Assembly: GCA_041551495.1 (NCBI GenBank)
Contig: JBFEMR010000001.1
Location: 1 to 30,622 of the forward strand
DNA length: 30,622 nucleotides
Source: Dehalococcoidia bacterium
GTDB taxonomy: Bacteria; Chloroflexota; Dehalococcoidia; GIF9; AB-539-J10
Direction of reading: 5' to 3'
Below the pieces are notes generated by a model, which did no database searches, was not told the origin of the DNA, and worked only from the letters and a program-made list of their open reading frames with translations. Position 1 is the stretch's first letter. Every line of letters starts with the position of its first letter. Positions 1 through 8,428 of this stretch are shown piece after piece. A program made the position numbers and the translations under genes.

Positions 1-1
1 G

Positions 2-43
2 AAATGCGGTTATAGCCAAGAACGACAGGGAGTAAATCAGTGA
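2..43 (+). CDS. Possible 3' end of an upstream gene cut by the window edge (KCGYSQERQGVNQ*); CGY could be the end of a zinc ribbon
   Basis: Frame 2 is open from base 2 to TGA at 41-43, ending 4 nt before the acylphosphatase ATG. Only 13 codons are visible, so the product cannot be assigned. Confidence 0.25.
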   Translation, partial: KCGYSQERQGVNQ

Positions 44-47
44 AGAT

Positions 48-332
48 ATGGCTGATATGGCACGATTATCTGTTATAGTATACGGAAGAGTACAAGGAGT
101 ATATTTTCGCTATTTCGTTCTAAATACAGCCAGGGGATTGGGCTTGAAAGGCTACGTTCGTAATCTTGGCCGTGGTGATGCCGTAGAAGTTCAAGCTGAA
201 GGGGAGAAACCCCAGTTGAATAAACTAATGGAGCAACTTAAGATCGGTCCGCCAGGAGCCCAGGTGAAGAGAGTGGAAATAGATTGGGCTGATTATTTAG
301 GACAATTTAAGGACTTTAAGATAAGATATTGA
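48..332 (+). CDS. acyP: Acylphosphatase
   Basis: 94 aa with the family signature GRVQGVYFR and GYVRN...VEVQAEG, followed by a C-terminal GPP motif. Confidence 0.95.
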   Translation: MADMARLSVIVYGRVQGVYFRYFVLNTARGLGLKGYVRNLGRGDAVEVQAEGEKPQLNKLMEQLKIGPPGAQVKRVEIDWADYLGQFKDFKIRY

Positions 333-409
333 GAAAAATTAAAAATCAAAGCTTAGAAGCGAAAATAATAACTAAAAATACAAAAGTCTATCCTAACTTT
401 TTCGACTCC

Positions 410-1150
410 TCAATCATCCAGTTGAACCCTGCCCTCACTAATCAATCCTAAATGCTCACACTTAATTCTGGCTATTTCACAAGCCTCAATATCAATCTCA
501 CAAGGTTCGCCAACCAAGGTTTTTCCATAATCCTCTGATTCACCTCTCGTGGGGTCATCAGTGTAAGAAAATTTTTGATGGGCTTCAATAATGCCCAAAT
601 CGAAAGGCAAGGTGAAGTAGAGGTCGGCAAGAACTTTCTCAATACCTAACTCATACAAAGCTCCCCAACCACCCGATTTCCCTTTTTTATACTTGCTTAC
701 CGGTAACAAGCCCAAAAGGTTTGCCACACTAAAGCGGCCATAATTACCACAAACTTTAAATGGAGTAACGCTAATCAAGAAGTCGCTGCGTAACACTACA
801 TTGGGTACCCAGAAACTCTCCACGGCATAGAATTGAGATAGGGGATTCTGAACCTCTATGAAAATGGAATCTCGAATATCAAGCATAAGGACCTGGTGAA
901 AGTTATACTCCAAAGCTTGATATACCGGGTAGATAGATTCACCACTAGGAGTCCCGTCCGCAATGAGAATATCCGCATTGCTGAGTTTTCTAATACCTTT
1001 GATAATAGTATTAAGTAGTTTGGGGCTGGTAGTTACAGGGTAAGAGTAAGCATAGCCAGCACAGGGTTTGATCAAAACTCGTCTCGCCCAGGCAAGTTGC
1101 GGAGGAGGGGTAAACACAAAATCTGAATCTCTAACAATCATTGTCTTCAT
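410..1150 (-). CDS. DUF362-family protein (divergent)
   Basis: 246 aa. VLIKPC...VTTSP, ILIADG, DFLISVTPFK, SVANLLGLLP and FDLGIIEA follow the DUF362 motif order (IKPN / TTHP / KxH / KNxxG) with substitutions. Confidence 0.7.
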   Translation of the reverse strand: MKTMIVRDSDFVFTPPPQLAWARRVLIKPCAGYAYSYPVTTSPKLLNTIIKGIRKLSNADILIADGTPSGESIYPVYQALEYNFHQVLMLDIRDSIFIEVQNPLSQFYAVESFWVPNVVLRSDFLISVTPFKVCGNYGRFSVANLLGLLPVSKYKKGKSGGWGALYELGIEKVLADLYFTLPFDLGIIEAHQKFSYTDDPTRGESEDYGKTLVGEPCEIDIEACEIARIKCEHLGLISEGRVQLDD

Positions 1151-1172
1151 ACTAGTAACGAAATTTCAATAA

Positions 1173-1820
1173 CTACATAGACGGGTGCAATATCAAGATT
1201 TCAGTGTTAGCTGGAAGCTTTTCTACTTCGAAGTCTACCTCACTATTATCAATTCTTCTTACATTTTTTTTACCTTTGAGAAAATCCTCAACATCAGCTA
1301 TAGGATAAGTACATTTAGGGGTTTTAAAATGCATGGGAATAATTACTTTGGGCCCTAATTGGTCACATACTTGGGTCGCTACTGCAGCATCAATGGTAAA
1401 ATAACCACCCACAGGAACAAATAGAATATCCACAGCACCAATTTCACTAACCTGTTCTGGATTAAGCACATGCCCCAAATCACCCAGGTGACAAAATTTT
1501 ATATCATCCATGGTGAAACAAAAGATAGTGTTAGATCCTCTTTGTCTACCCTGAGCCTCATCATGGAAAGTGGCGACACCTCTAAAATGAATACCTTTGG
1601 CAGTTTTTATGCCGGCAGTATTAATTATTTCAGGTTTCCCCTTTACCGCAGAAACATTACTATGGTCGTCATGTCCATGACTCACTGAAACAACGTCAGC
1701 AGTTTCCTTGATGGGAGAGTAATTAATGCCTCCACCTACAGCATAAGGGTCAGTAATTACTCGCAATCCATCCCTTGAAGTAATTAAGAAACAAGCGTGA
1801 CCTAACCATTTTACTCTCAT
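1173..1820 (-). CDS. Metallo-beta-lactamase-fold hydrolase (UlaG/beta-lactamase_B_3-like)
   Basis: WLGHACF start, ITDPY, HxHxDH metal motif (SHGHDDH), HLGD, DILFVPVGG and IPMHF. Its ATG overlaps the pepA TGA (ATGA at 1820-1817). Confidence 0.9.
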   Translation of the reverse strand: MRVKWLGHACFLITSRDGLRVITDPYAVGGGINYSPIKETADVVSVSHGHDDHSNVSAVKGKPEIINTAGIKTAKGIHFRGVATFHDEAQGRQRGSNTIFCFTMDDIKFCHLGDLGHVLNPEQVSEIGAVDILFVPVGGYFTIDAAVATQVCDQLGPKVIIPMHFKTPKCTYPIADVEDFLKGKKNVRRIDNSEVDFEVEKLPANTEILILHPSM

Positions 1821-3325
1821 ATAGCGTCCTGCCCCTTTGCCTCGTTCAATGCTAGCTCGATTAAGGTTCTGACACCAAAACCGGTAGCACCTTTCACTAT
1901 ATATCCACTCTCCTTGTTGGAGAGACGAGGACCAGCTATATCGATATGAACCCAGGGGGTATTATCAGCAAATTCAGCCAGGAATAGGGCGGCAGTGATA
2001 GCCCCTCCATACCTGTTGCCCGTATTCTTAATATCTGCAATATCACTTTTAATTTGTTCCTTATATTCTGTAGGCATGGGCATATGCCACATTTTCTCTC
2101 CTGTTCTTTGTGCAGCACCAAGGACTTCATTTATCAGGTCTTTGTCGTTGCCAAAAAGCCCACTATAAAGCATGCCCAAGGCGACTCGGCAAGCTCCAGT
2201 TAACGTAGCTAAGTCTATCAAAGGGGATAGCTCCAGCTTACGGGCATAGCTCAGGGCATCAGCTAGGATGAGTCTTCCTTCAGCATCTGTGCTTATTACT
2301 TCGATAGTTTTGCCGTTCATAGCCTTCAGAACATCCCCTGGTTTCAAGGCTGAGCCACTCGGTAGGTTTTCGGTAGTCGGAATGATAGCTGTTACGTTAA
2401 TCTTAGGTTTCAACTGAGCAATAGCCACAAGTGCGGTCATAACCGCTGCAGCGCCGGCCATATCATTCTTCATGTCAGCCATTCCGTCTGAGGGCTTGAT
2501 GGAGATTCCCCCGGAATCAAAAGTTATGCCCTTGCCCAGAAAGCCGAGGGTTTTCTCAGAACCTTCGTCGCCTCTATAGCTAAGAATTATCAGCTTAGGG
2601 GGCTGGTTGCTTCCTTTGGCCACCCCCAACAATGCTCCCATACCGATTGCCTCCATGTCCTCTCGGTTAAATATCTTGATCTCTAAATCATGCTTGCTAG
2701 CTATTTCTTGAGCTATTTCAGCCATCTGGCTAGGTGTCATGTAGTTAGCGGGTTCGTTACCCATATCTCGAGCCAGATTGACGGCTTCGGCTATTAATTT
2801 ACCCTTGCCTATAGCTGGCTCTAAGATTGGAACAATTTCCTCTTCTCTGACTACTATAAGGATTTCGTTGATATTCCCGTATTCAGATTTCTTATATTTA
2901 GTGAAGCTATAAAGCCCGAGAAGGGCGCCCTCTGTTATTGCCTGAGCTGAATCTTCAGGCTCTATAACATCTATACCAGTACCATGGAGTATTGTAGCTA
3001 TCTTGTGACAATTCACTTTGCGTAATATACGGCAAAATTCACCGGTTACTCCACGAATGCTATCCACATTAAACTCTTCTCGCTTACCCAATCCCACAAT
3101 AGCTACTATTCCCGCTGGTAGCCTTCCAAACGTATGTACAATGTTAACTTCCCCGAATTTACCATTGATGCCACCTCTACTGATGAGGGAACTAATAGCT
3201 CCATCCAAAGCTTTATCGACAGCGGCGGTAGCACCTCCCGGTTGTTTAATGCCTTCAAAAAGATTCACAACAATGGCATCAGCTTTTATTCGAGCTATAT
3301 CTCCAACTGTAGCTTTAATATTCAA
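1817..3325 (-). CDS. pepA: Leucyl aminopeptidase (M17)
   Basis: GKGITFDSGG, MKNDMAGAA, STDAEGRL, DLATLTGA and WVHIDIAG M17 motifs. TTG start with GGGGGA upstream. Confidence 0.96.
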   Translation of the reverse strand: MNIKATVGDIARIKADAIVVNLFEGIKQPGGATAAVDKALDGAISSLISRGGINGKFGEVNIVHTFGRLPAGIVAIVGLGKREEFNVDSIRGVTGEFCRILRKVNCHKIATILHGTGIDVIEPEDSAQAITEGALLGLYSFTKYKKSEYGNINEILIVVREEEIVPILEPAIGKGKLIAEAVNLARDMGNEPANYMTPSQMAEIAQEIASKHDLEIKIFNREDMEAIGMGALLGVAKGSNQPPKLIILSYRGDEGSEKTLGFLGKGITFDSGGISIKPSDGMADMKNDMAGAAAVMTALVAIAQLKPKINVTAIIPTTENLPSGSALKPGDVLKAMNGKTIEVISTDAEGRLILADALSYARKLELSPLIDLATLTGACRVALGMLYSGLFGNDKDLINEVLGAAQRTGEKMWHMPMPTEYKEQIKSDIADIKNTGNRYGGAITAALFLAEFADNTPWVHIDIAGPRLSNKESGYIVKGATGFGVRTLIELALNEAKGQDAI

Positions 3326-3663
3326 AATTTATCCCCCGAATATGTAAATTTTAGAACATTTATTTTACTTTATTTGGATAAAGAATAGAAGAGGTTAATA
3401 CAGGAAATTTCGCTGTTATCCATTTGTTGCACGGACAATCTTATGAGTTACGAAAGAAATATCATGCTAAGTATCAACGACAAGATGATAGAAGGGAAGT
3501 CTTTAACCTCGGGGGCTTTATTTTCTTATACACTTCACAACCAGCTTTCTGGTCATTCTGAGGCATAGCTGATCTTTCTCGTGCAAAAAAGCGTTATCGC
3601 ACTATTTAGAAAATATCGCTTGCTAAAATGAGATAAGTCAATCTTTTAACCAACTTTTTACGG

Positions 3664-3691
3664 AAAAAGAAACTTGCCTGTGCTGGGCAAG
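3664..3691 (-). terminator. Intrinsic terminator on the minus strand
   Basis: The minus strand reads CTTGCC-cagcaca-GGCAAG followed by TTTCTTTTT: a 6-bp GC-rich stem plus a U-tract. Confidence 0.6.
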
Positions 3692-4098
3692 CCATTGACC
3701 ATTATAAATAGAGGCTTTAATTAGTGCTGCGGTTAACTATTGAGGCTTTGTCTTAATTTATCTACATCTTCATCTGAGCCGCACGCCATGACATTACCAT
3801 GATCACTATGGGGTAATTTAAGTGTCAAGGTGCATAGGTCATACTCAGCCCGGTGAGATGACTAAAAGGTAGCGTCCGTTGTCTTGAGTGACAGGGCATG
3901 GAAGGAAAAGAATATATGAAGAGTTCCAAATGTCGTTAACATAAATAACATCTAGTAAAATCTTGAAAAGTCGTGATTGAAACAAATGCATTACAGGCGA
4001 AGTAACTCCAAAACCATACATACCTGGCTAAGAGATTGCCTTAACGCCTTTAATTACTCTCAATGACTAAGTGGATGTTGTTGTATATAGAAATCTTC

Positions 4099-5223
4099 CT
4101 AGTCCATTAAATGAGGATCGAGCGCACTGCTTTTTATACTTTGAGTCTGTGTGGTCACTTTTCCGACCGTTTTAACGAATGCAGTGATTATTGTCGGGTC
4201 GAACTGAGTCCGAGAACCTCGCTGAATTTCGCGTATAGCTTCCTCGACGGACATAGCTGATCGATAGGGTCGATCAGATGTCATGGCATCAAACGCATCG
4301 GCAATGGCTATGATTCTGGCTCCCAACGGTATGCCGCTGCCGGCTATGATCTGGTGAGGTCCGCTACCGTCATAACGATCGTGATGGTGATCAATCATCT
4401 CGGCTATTTTCCCATTAACCAGAGGCTGAACAATTAGAGCACCGGCATGAGTGTGCTTCATAATGTGGTCATACTCTTCAGGTGTCAACTTGCCTGACTT
4501 ATTCTGAATAGATTGGTCAACCGCAATTTTTCCGATGTCATGAAGTAAGCTTGCCCAACGCAATTCTTCCATATCTTTTGCTGATAATCCAAGTTCATTG
4601 CCTAAAGCCAATGCTAGGTCAGTCACCCGTCGGGAATGCCCTCCGGTATACTTGTCCTTAGCTTCAAGGGCGGACACCAGTGCCTCAATAGCTCCAAGGA
4701 AAACTCTTCTAAGCTCTTCCGTCTGTTCTTCAACCTTTTCCTCCAGGAATTGTTGATATTCTCTGAGTTCGAGCTGTAGGTGTCTCCTATCGATAGCCCT
4801 TTGGACGGCCAGGGAAAGTTCCTCCAGATTGAAGGGTTTGCAAATGTAGTCTTCAGCCCCCTGTTTTAGACACTGAATGGCAACATTAATATCAATAATA
4901 GCAGTAGCCATAATTACTACAGTGTCAGGGTAGCCTGACTTTACTTCCGATAGTATTTCGATACCTGATTTGCCCGGCATCTTTATATCCAGAATTACGA
5001 GAGCAATCGGATGGGTTGCCAGTATATTTAAGGTCTGTTCAGCATCGCTCGCTTCCTGGCACAGATAACCTTCTCTGGATAATTTCTGACAAAGTAGTCT
5101 CCTGATAGCAGGTTCATCATCGACGACAAGCAGCGTTTCTTGCTGTGCGAACAGATGTTGAATATTACGCGGTAAAGACTTTTTCTTAGTCATCGTTTTT
5201 AGCTCATTTTCACTTTTAACCAT
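4099..5223 (-). CDS. Response regulator with HD-GYP-type phosphodiesterase domain (RpfG-like)
   Basis: REC domain (LVVDDE, LDIKMP, KPF), coiled-coil linker, then EAKDKYTGGHSRRV, LLHDIGK, HHHDRYDGSG and ARIIAIADAFDAMTSDRPYR. GAGGA SD 8 nt upstream of the ATG. Confidence 0.93.
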   Translation of the reverse strand: MVKSENELKTMTKKKSLPRNIQHLFAQQETLLVVDDEPAIRRLLCQKLSREGYLCQEASDAEQTLNILATHPIALVILDIKMPGKSGIEILSEVKSGYPDTVVIMATAIIDINVAIQCLKQGAEDYICKPFNLEELSLAVQRAIDRRHLQLELREYQQFLEEKVEEQTEELRRVFLGAIEALVSALEAKDKYTGGHSRRVTDLALALGNELGLSAKDMEELRWASLLHDIGKIAVDQSIQNKSGKLTPEEYDHIMKHTHAGALIVQPLVNGKIAEMIDHHHDRYDGSGPHQIIAGSGIPLGARIIAIADAFDAMTSDRPYRSAMSVEEAIREIQRGSRTQFDPTIITAFVKTVGKVTTQTQSIKSSALDPHLMD

Positions 5224-5255
5224 TATAAGGTTCCTCTAGTCGGCATTAGCTTGCT

Positions 5256-7862
5256 TTATATTAAGCTTTTTACACGAGCACGTTTTTTAATGGGTAATTC
5301 AATAAAAATAGTAGCTCCTTTACCCAATTGACTCCTAACATATATTTGCCCATTGTGCTCATTCACTATTCCGTGGCAAATACTTAATCCCAGGCCGGTC
5401 CCACTACCTGCTTCCTTGGTGGTGAAGAATGGGTCAAATATTCGCCCGATATTTTCCTCGGCGATTCCTGGGCCATCATCAGCAAAAGAGATCCTCACGG
5501 TACTGTTATCTTTCCTCGTAGTGATAGTCAAAGTTCCTCCGTTGTGCGTTTTAATCATAAAATGTTCGGCGTTGATAATTATGTTCATAAAAACCTGCTG
5601 CATTTGGAAATAGTCAACCATGATTTCGGGAAGATTCGGATCAAGATGTCCCTCGACATTGATATGGTTAACTTTATGTTCATGGGCACGTAACTCCAAC
5701 ACATCTTCAATAATATTGTTTATCTGGTTAAGCTGCTTTGTAGGAGAGTGTTTTCGAGCAAAAGAAAGGAGGTTATTAGTTACTATAACAGCACGTCTTG
5801 CCTCGTTGTTGATAAGTTTCAAATCTTCACGGATATCGTCAGGCACTTCCTTTTCTGTGAGTAGCTGGGAAAAGCCAATAATGCTTGTAAGGGGGTTATT
5901 AAGTTCGTGAGCGGCTCCCGATGCCAGTTCGCCAAGTGAAGCCAGCCGATCAGTCATCATGATATTTTCACGGTGTTTCTTTTGCTCGGTAGTTTCCGTA
6001 AAAGCTATCAAACCTGCTAGTTTGCCTTCGTGCTTAATGGTTGCACCCGTTGCATTTATCCATATTTCCCTTCCATCCTTGGTAGATGCCCCAAGTTCAT
6101 AAACCTGTCGCCCGTCTTGTCCGTACAAATTATCCAAAGCAAGTTCGACAATTTTATCCTTGTCTTCATGACGAATATAATCAAATAGATCTATACCTTG
6201 GACTTCTTCTACAGAGTTAAATCCAAAAATTTCTGTAGCAGCTTGATTAGCCATTGCTATTTTTCGTGTATCAGCGTCAAGAACAATCGTGCCGATTACC
6301 GAGCTATCGAACAGAACTCTATAATTTTCCTCGCTTTGCCGTAGTGCTTCCTCCACTTTCCTACGCTCACTAATGTCACGCCCAACACCACGAAAGCCCA
6401 TAATTTTACCCTCGTCGTCTAGTATAAGAGAGACCGATGTTTCGGCGAACCCATGGCTCCCGTCTTTACGGACGGTTCTCCAAGGGAACCCTTTGTTTGG
6501 TACACCAGTCTGGTATACTTCATTAAAGACTTGGAAGACAGACTCGATATGTTCTTCTACAGTTATTTTTTTATAACTCATTCCTATTAACTCTTCTCTT
6601 GAGTATCCCAGGTCGCGGCACACTGAATTATTGACGAAGGTGAAGTGTCCACCAAGGTCGACCTCGAAATAGGCATCCTCCATCTCCGCTAATATGGTCC
6701 GATATCTCTCTTCAGACTGCCTAAGTACTTCCTCTGCCCGCTTGCGTTCGGTGATGTTTATTGCAATAATTTGAAAGCCAACCGGAACCTCCGACTTTCT
6801 AAGTATTTTGCCTTCAAGTGTAATCCAGATCCATTGTCCGTTCTTGCATTTGAACTGAGTTTCCCAATGTTTGGCAGGACTTCCTTTCAATCTAGCTGCC
6901 ATCCTTTGCGTAAGGTATGTCATAGTAGTTGCAGGCAACCAATCTATTTCAAAACAACTCTTGCCTACGATTTCTTTTCGTGAATAACCTGTCTCTGACT
7001 CGAATCTTTGATTAACATATGTAATGTTGCCCTTGATATCTGTATGAATTATGCCTACAGGTGCTTCCTCAAGAAAAGCACTTTTCTCCACCTCCGCTTC
7101 TCTTCTTGCCTCCTCTGCCCGCTTCTGCTCAGTGACATCTCTGGCAATAACCGAAATACCATCCCGGGAGGGATAGGCGTTAATGTCAAAGATGCAATGC
7201 CTACCGTCAATATCAAAATCATTTATAAGATTCTGTGGTTTATGTGTCTTCAGTACGGCACGGTATACCTTTTGCGCTTTTCTCCGTCCAGGTGAATCCG
7301 GGAACATTTCCAGGAGAGATTTCCCAATTGCATCCTCCGCACGGATTCCTGTCAGAAGTTCCGACGCCTTGTTCCAATAGGTATATCTAAGATGTTCGTC
7401 CATCGCAAAAAAGACATCGGTGACGCTGTTGGCAAGTTCCATATATTTTTCTTCACTCTCTTTCAATGCATCTTCTACCTTTTTACGTCCGGTAATCTCC
7501 ATATAATTTCCCAGAAATGCCTCACTACCATGGTAATGTATAGATTTAACAGTAGCCATAACCCAAATAATGCGACCGTCCTTACAAGTAACCCTGAATT
7601 GATACGGCGTCAGTAATTCTTCCTTCAGCATCCTTATGGTACTTTCCCTGACCATGTGCCTATCTTCCGGAACTACAATCTCAAAAGAATCTTTTCCTAT
7701 CAATTCGTCTTCCGTATATCCAGTGGCCATTGAGAAGAAGGAATTGACATAGCAAAACTTTCCATCTTGAACAATAGAAACTCCCACTGGCGCTTGTTCG
7801 ACTAGGATTTGTATTATATCCTCTTCGCTTGTTCGTTCAACTACCGAGTTAATTGATTTCAT
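5256..7862 (-). CDS. Cytoplasmic sensor histidine kinase with five PAS/PAC domains
   Basis: Five PAS repeats joined by ITGRKKVE / VTEQKRAEE / ITERKRAEE / ISERRKVEE / TTEQKK linkers; HisKA (AHELNNPL); HATPase ([24 protein letters not shown]). No hydrophobic transmembrane stretch. Confidence 0.95.
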   Translation of the reverse strand: MKSINSVVERTSEEDIIQILVEQAPVGVSIVQDGKFCYVNSFFSMATGYTEDELIGKDSFEIVVPEDRHMVRESTIRMLKEELLTPYQFRVTCKDGRIIWVMATVKSIHYHGSEAFLGNYMEITGRKKVEDALKESEEKYMELANSVTDVFFAMDEHLRYTYWNKASELLTGIRAEDAIGKSLLEMFPDSPGRRKAQKVYRAVLKTHKPQNLINDFDIDGRHCIFDINAYPSRDGISVIARDVTEQKRAEEARREAEVEKSAFLEEAPVGIIHTDIKGNITYVNQRFESETGYSRKEIVGKSCFEIDWLPATTMTYLTQRMAARLKGSPAKHWETQFKCKNGQWIWITLEGKILRKSEVPVGFQIIAINITERKRAEEVLRQSEERYRTILAEMEDAYFEVDLGGHFTFVNNSVCRDLGYSREELIGMSYKKITVEEHIESVFQVFNEVYQTGVPNKGFPWRTVRKDGSHGFAETSVSLILDDEGKIMGFRGVGRDISERRKVEEALRQSEENYRVLFDSSVIGTIVLDADTRKIAMANQAATEIFGFNSVEEVQGIDLFDYIRHEDKDKIVELALDNLYGQDGRQVYELGASTKDGREIWINATGATIKHEGKLAGLIAFTETTEQKKHRENIMMTDRLASLGELASGAAHELNNPLTSIIGFSQLLTEKEVPDDIREDLKLINNEARRAVIVTNNLLSFARKHSPTKQLNQINNIIEDVLELRAHEHKVNHINVEGHLDPNLPEIMVDYFQMQQVFMNIIINAEHFMIKTHNGGTLTITTRKDNSTVRISFADDGPGIAEENIGRIFDPFFTTKEAGSGTGLGLSICHGIVNEHNGQIYVRSQLGKGATIFIELPIKKRARVKSLI

Positions 7863-7866
7863 CTAG

Positions 7867-8094
7867 CTACTTCCTTAACTTTCCTCGAGTTATGGTTGTA
7901 ACGTGGTTGGTTTTCATTCTAATCATATCCAATTGAGATGCCGTAAATAACCGCCAACCCCGCCAATCACGGTATTCAACATCAGAAAATAAACCTTCCT
8001 TCAACCATCTGAAAAGGGTGTTCTTACTGATGCCAATCATTTGGCAAACCTCACCTGTTCTGTAATAAGTCTGGTCATTAATAACAACAGGCAT
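7867..8094 (-). CDS. Small stand-alone MerR-type/excisionase-like winged-HTH DNA-binding protein
   Basis: 75 aa; YYRTGEVCQMIGISKNTLFRW...RDWRGWRLFT matches the MerR HTH plus wing pattern, with no effector domain. GAGG SD upstream. Confidence 0.88.
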   Translation of the reverse strand: MPVVINDQTYYRTGEVCQMIGISKNTLFRWLKEGLFSDVEYRDWRGWRLFTASQLDMIRMKTNHVTTITRGKLRK

Positions 8095-8120
8095 ATATAC
8101 CTCTCATAAAAACTATTCAG

Positions 8121-8164
8121 CTATACCAGACTATACTATGGCTTATGTATAGAGAATGCGTCAA
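8121..8164 (-). promoter_or_regulatory. Putative promoter/operator of the HTH-kinase-HD-GYP operon
   Basis: Minus-strand TTGACG at 8164-8159 and TAGTAT/TATAGT at 8138-8130. CTATAC direct repeats at 8121 and 8131, and a CTATAC-N10-GTATAG dyad at 8131-8152. Confidence 0.4.
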
Positions 8165-8428
8165 TCACCCATTTGTACCTATGATTCTGTTACTTTAGTC
8201 CCGGTTTGTTCAGTGATTCTTGTTGACGGGCACCGGATAAAAGTACTGGCAATATTTCTATAATTTTTTATTATGATTAATCACCAATAGAATTAGCTTG
8301 TCATATTTATCGTTCTCGAACTGTAGCAGGACACAGGACATGATAATCGATTGTTCAAATAACAAAGGTAAATGTATAGCTTCTAGCTTCAAGTGCGTTT
8401 AATTCCTAATAAACGATTGGACGGATTA

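Noticed and set aside
3845-4021. 58-aa minus-strand ORF (MYGFGVTSPVMHLF...) in the pepA/HD-GYP gap
   Set aside because: It has no convincing SD, a composition typical of AT-rich noncoding DNA and no recognisable motif.
5256-7862. Repeated 25-30-nt segments within the kinase gene (e.g. near 6730 and 7110) as a possible repeat array or diversity-generating retroelement target
   Set aside because: They are the conserved PAS-PAC linkers (TEQKRAEE / TERKRAEE), and no reverse transcriptase, regular spacing or CRISPR structure is present.
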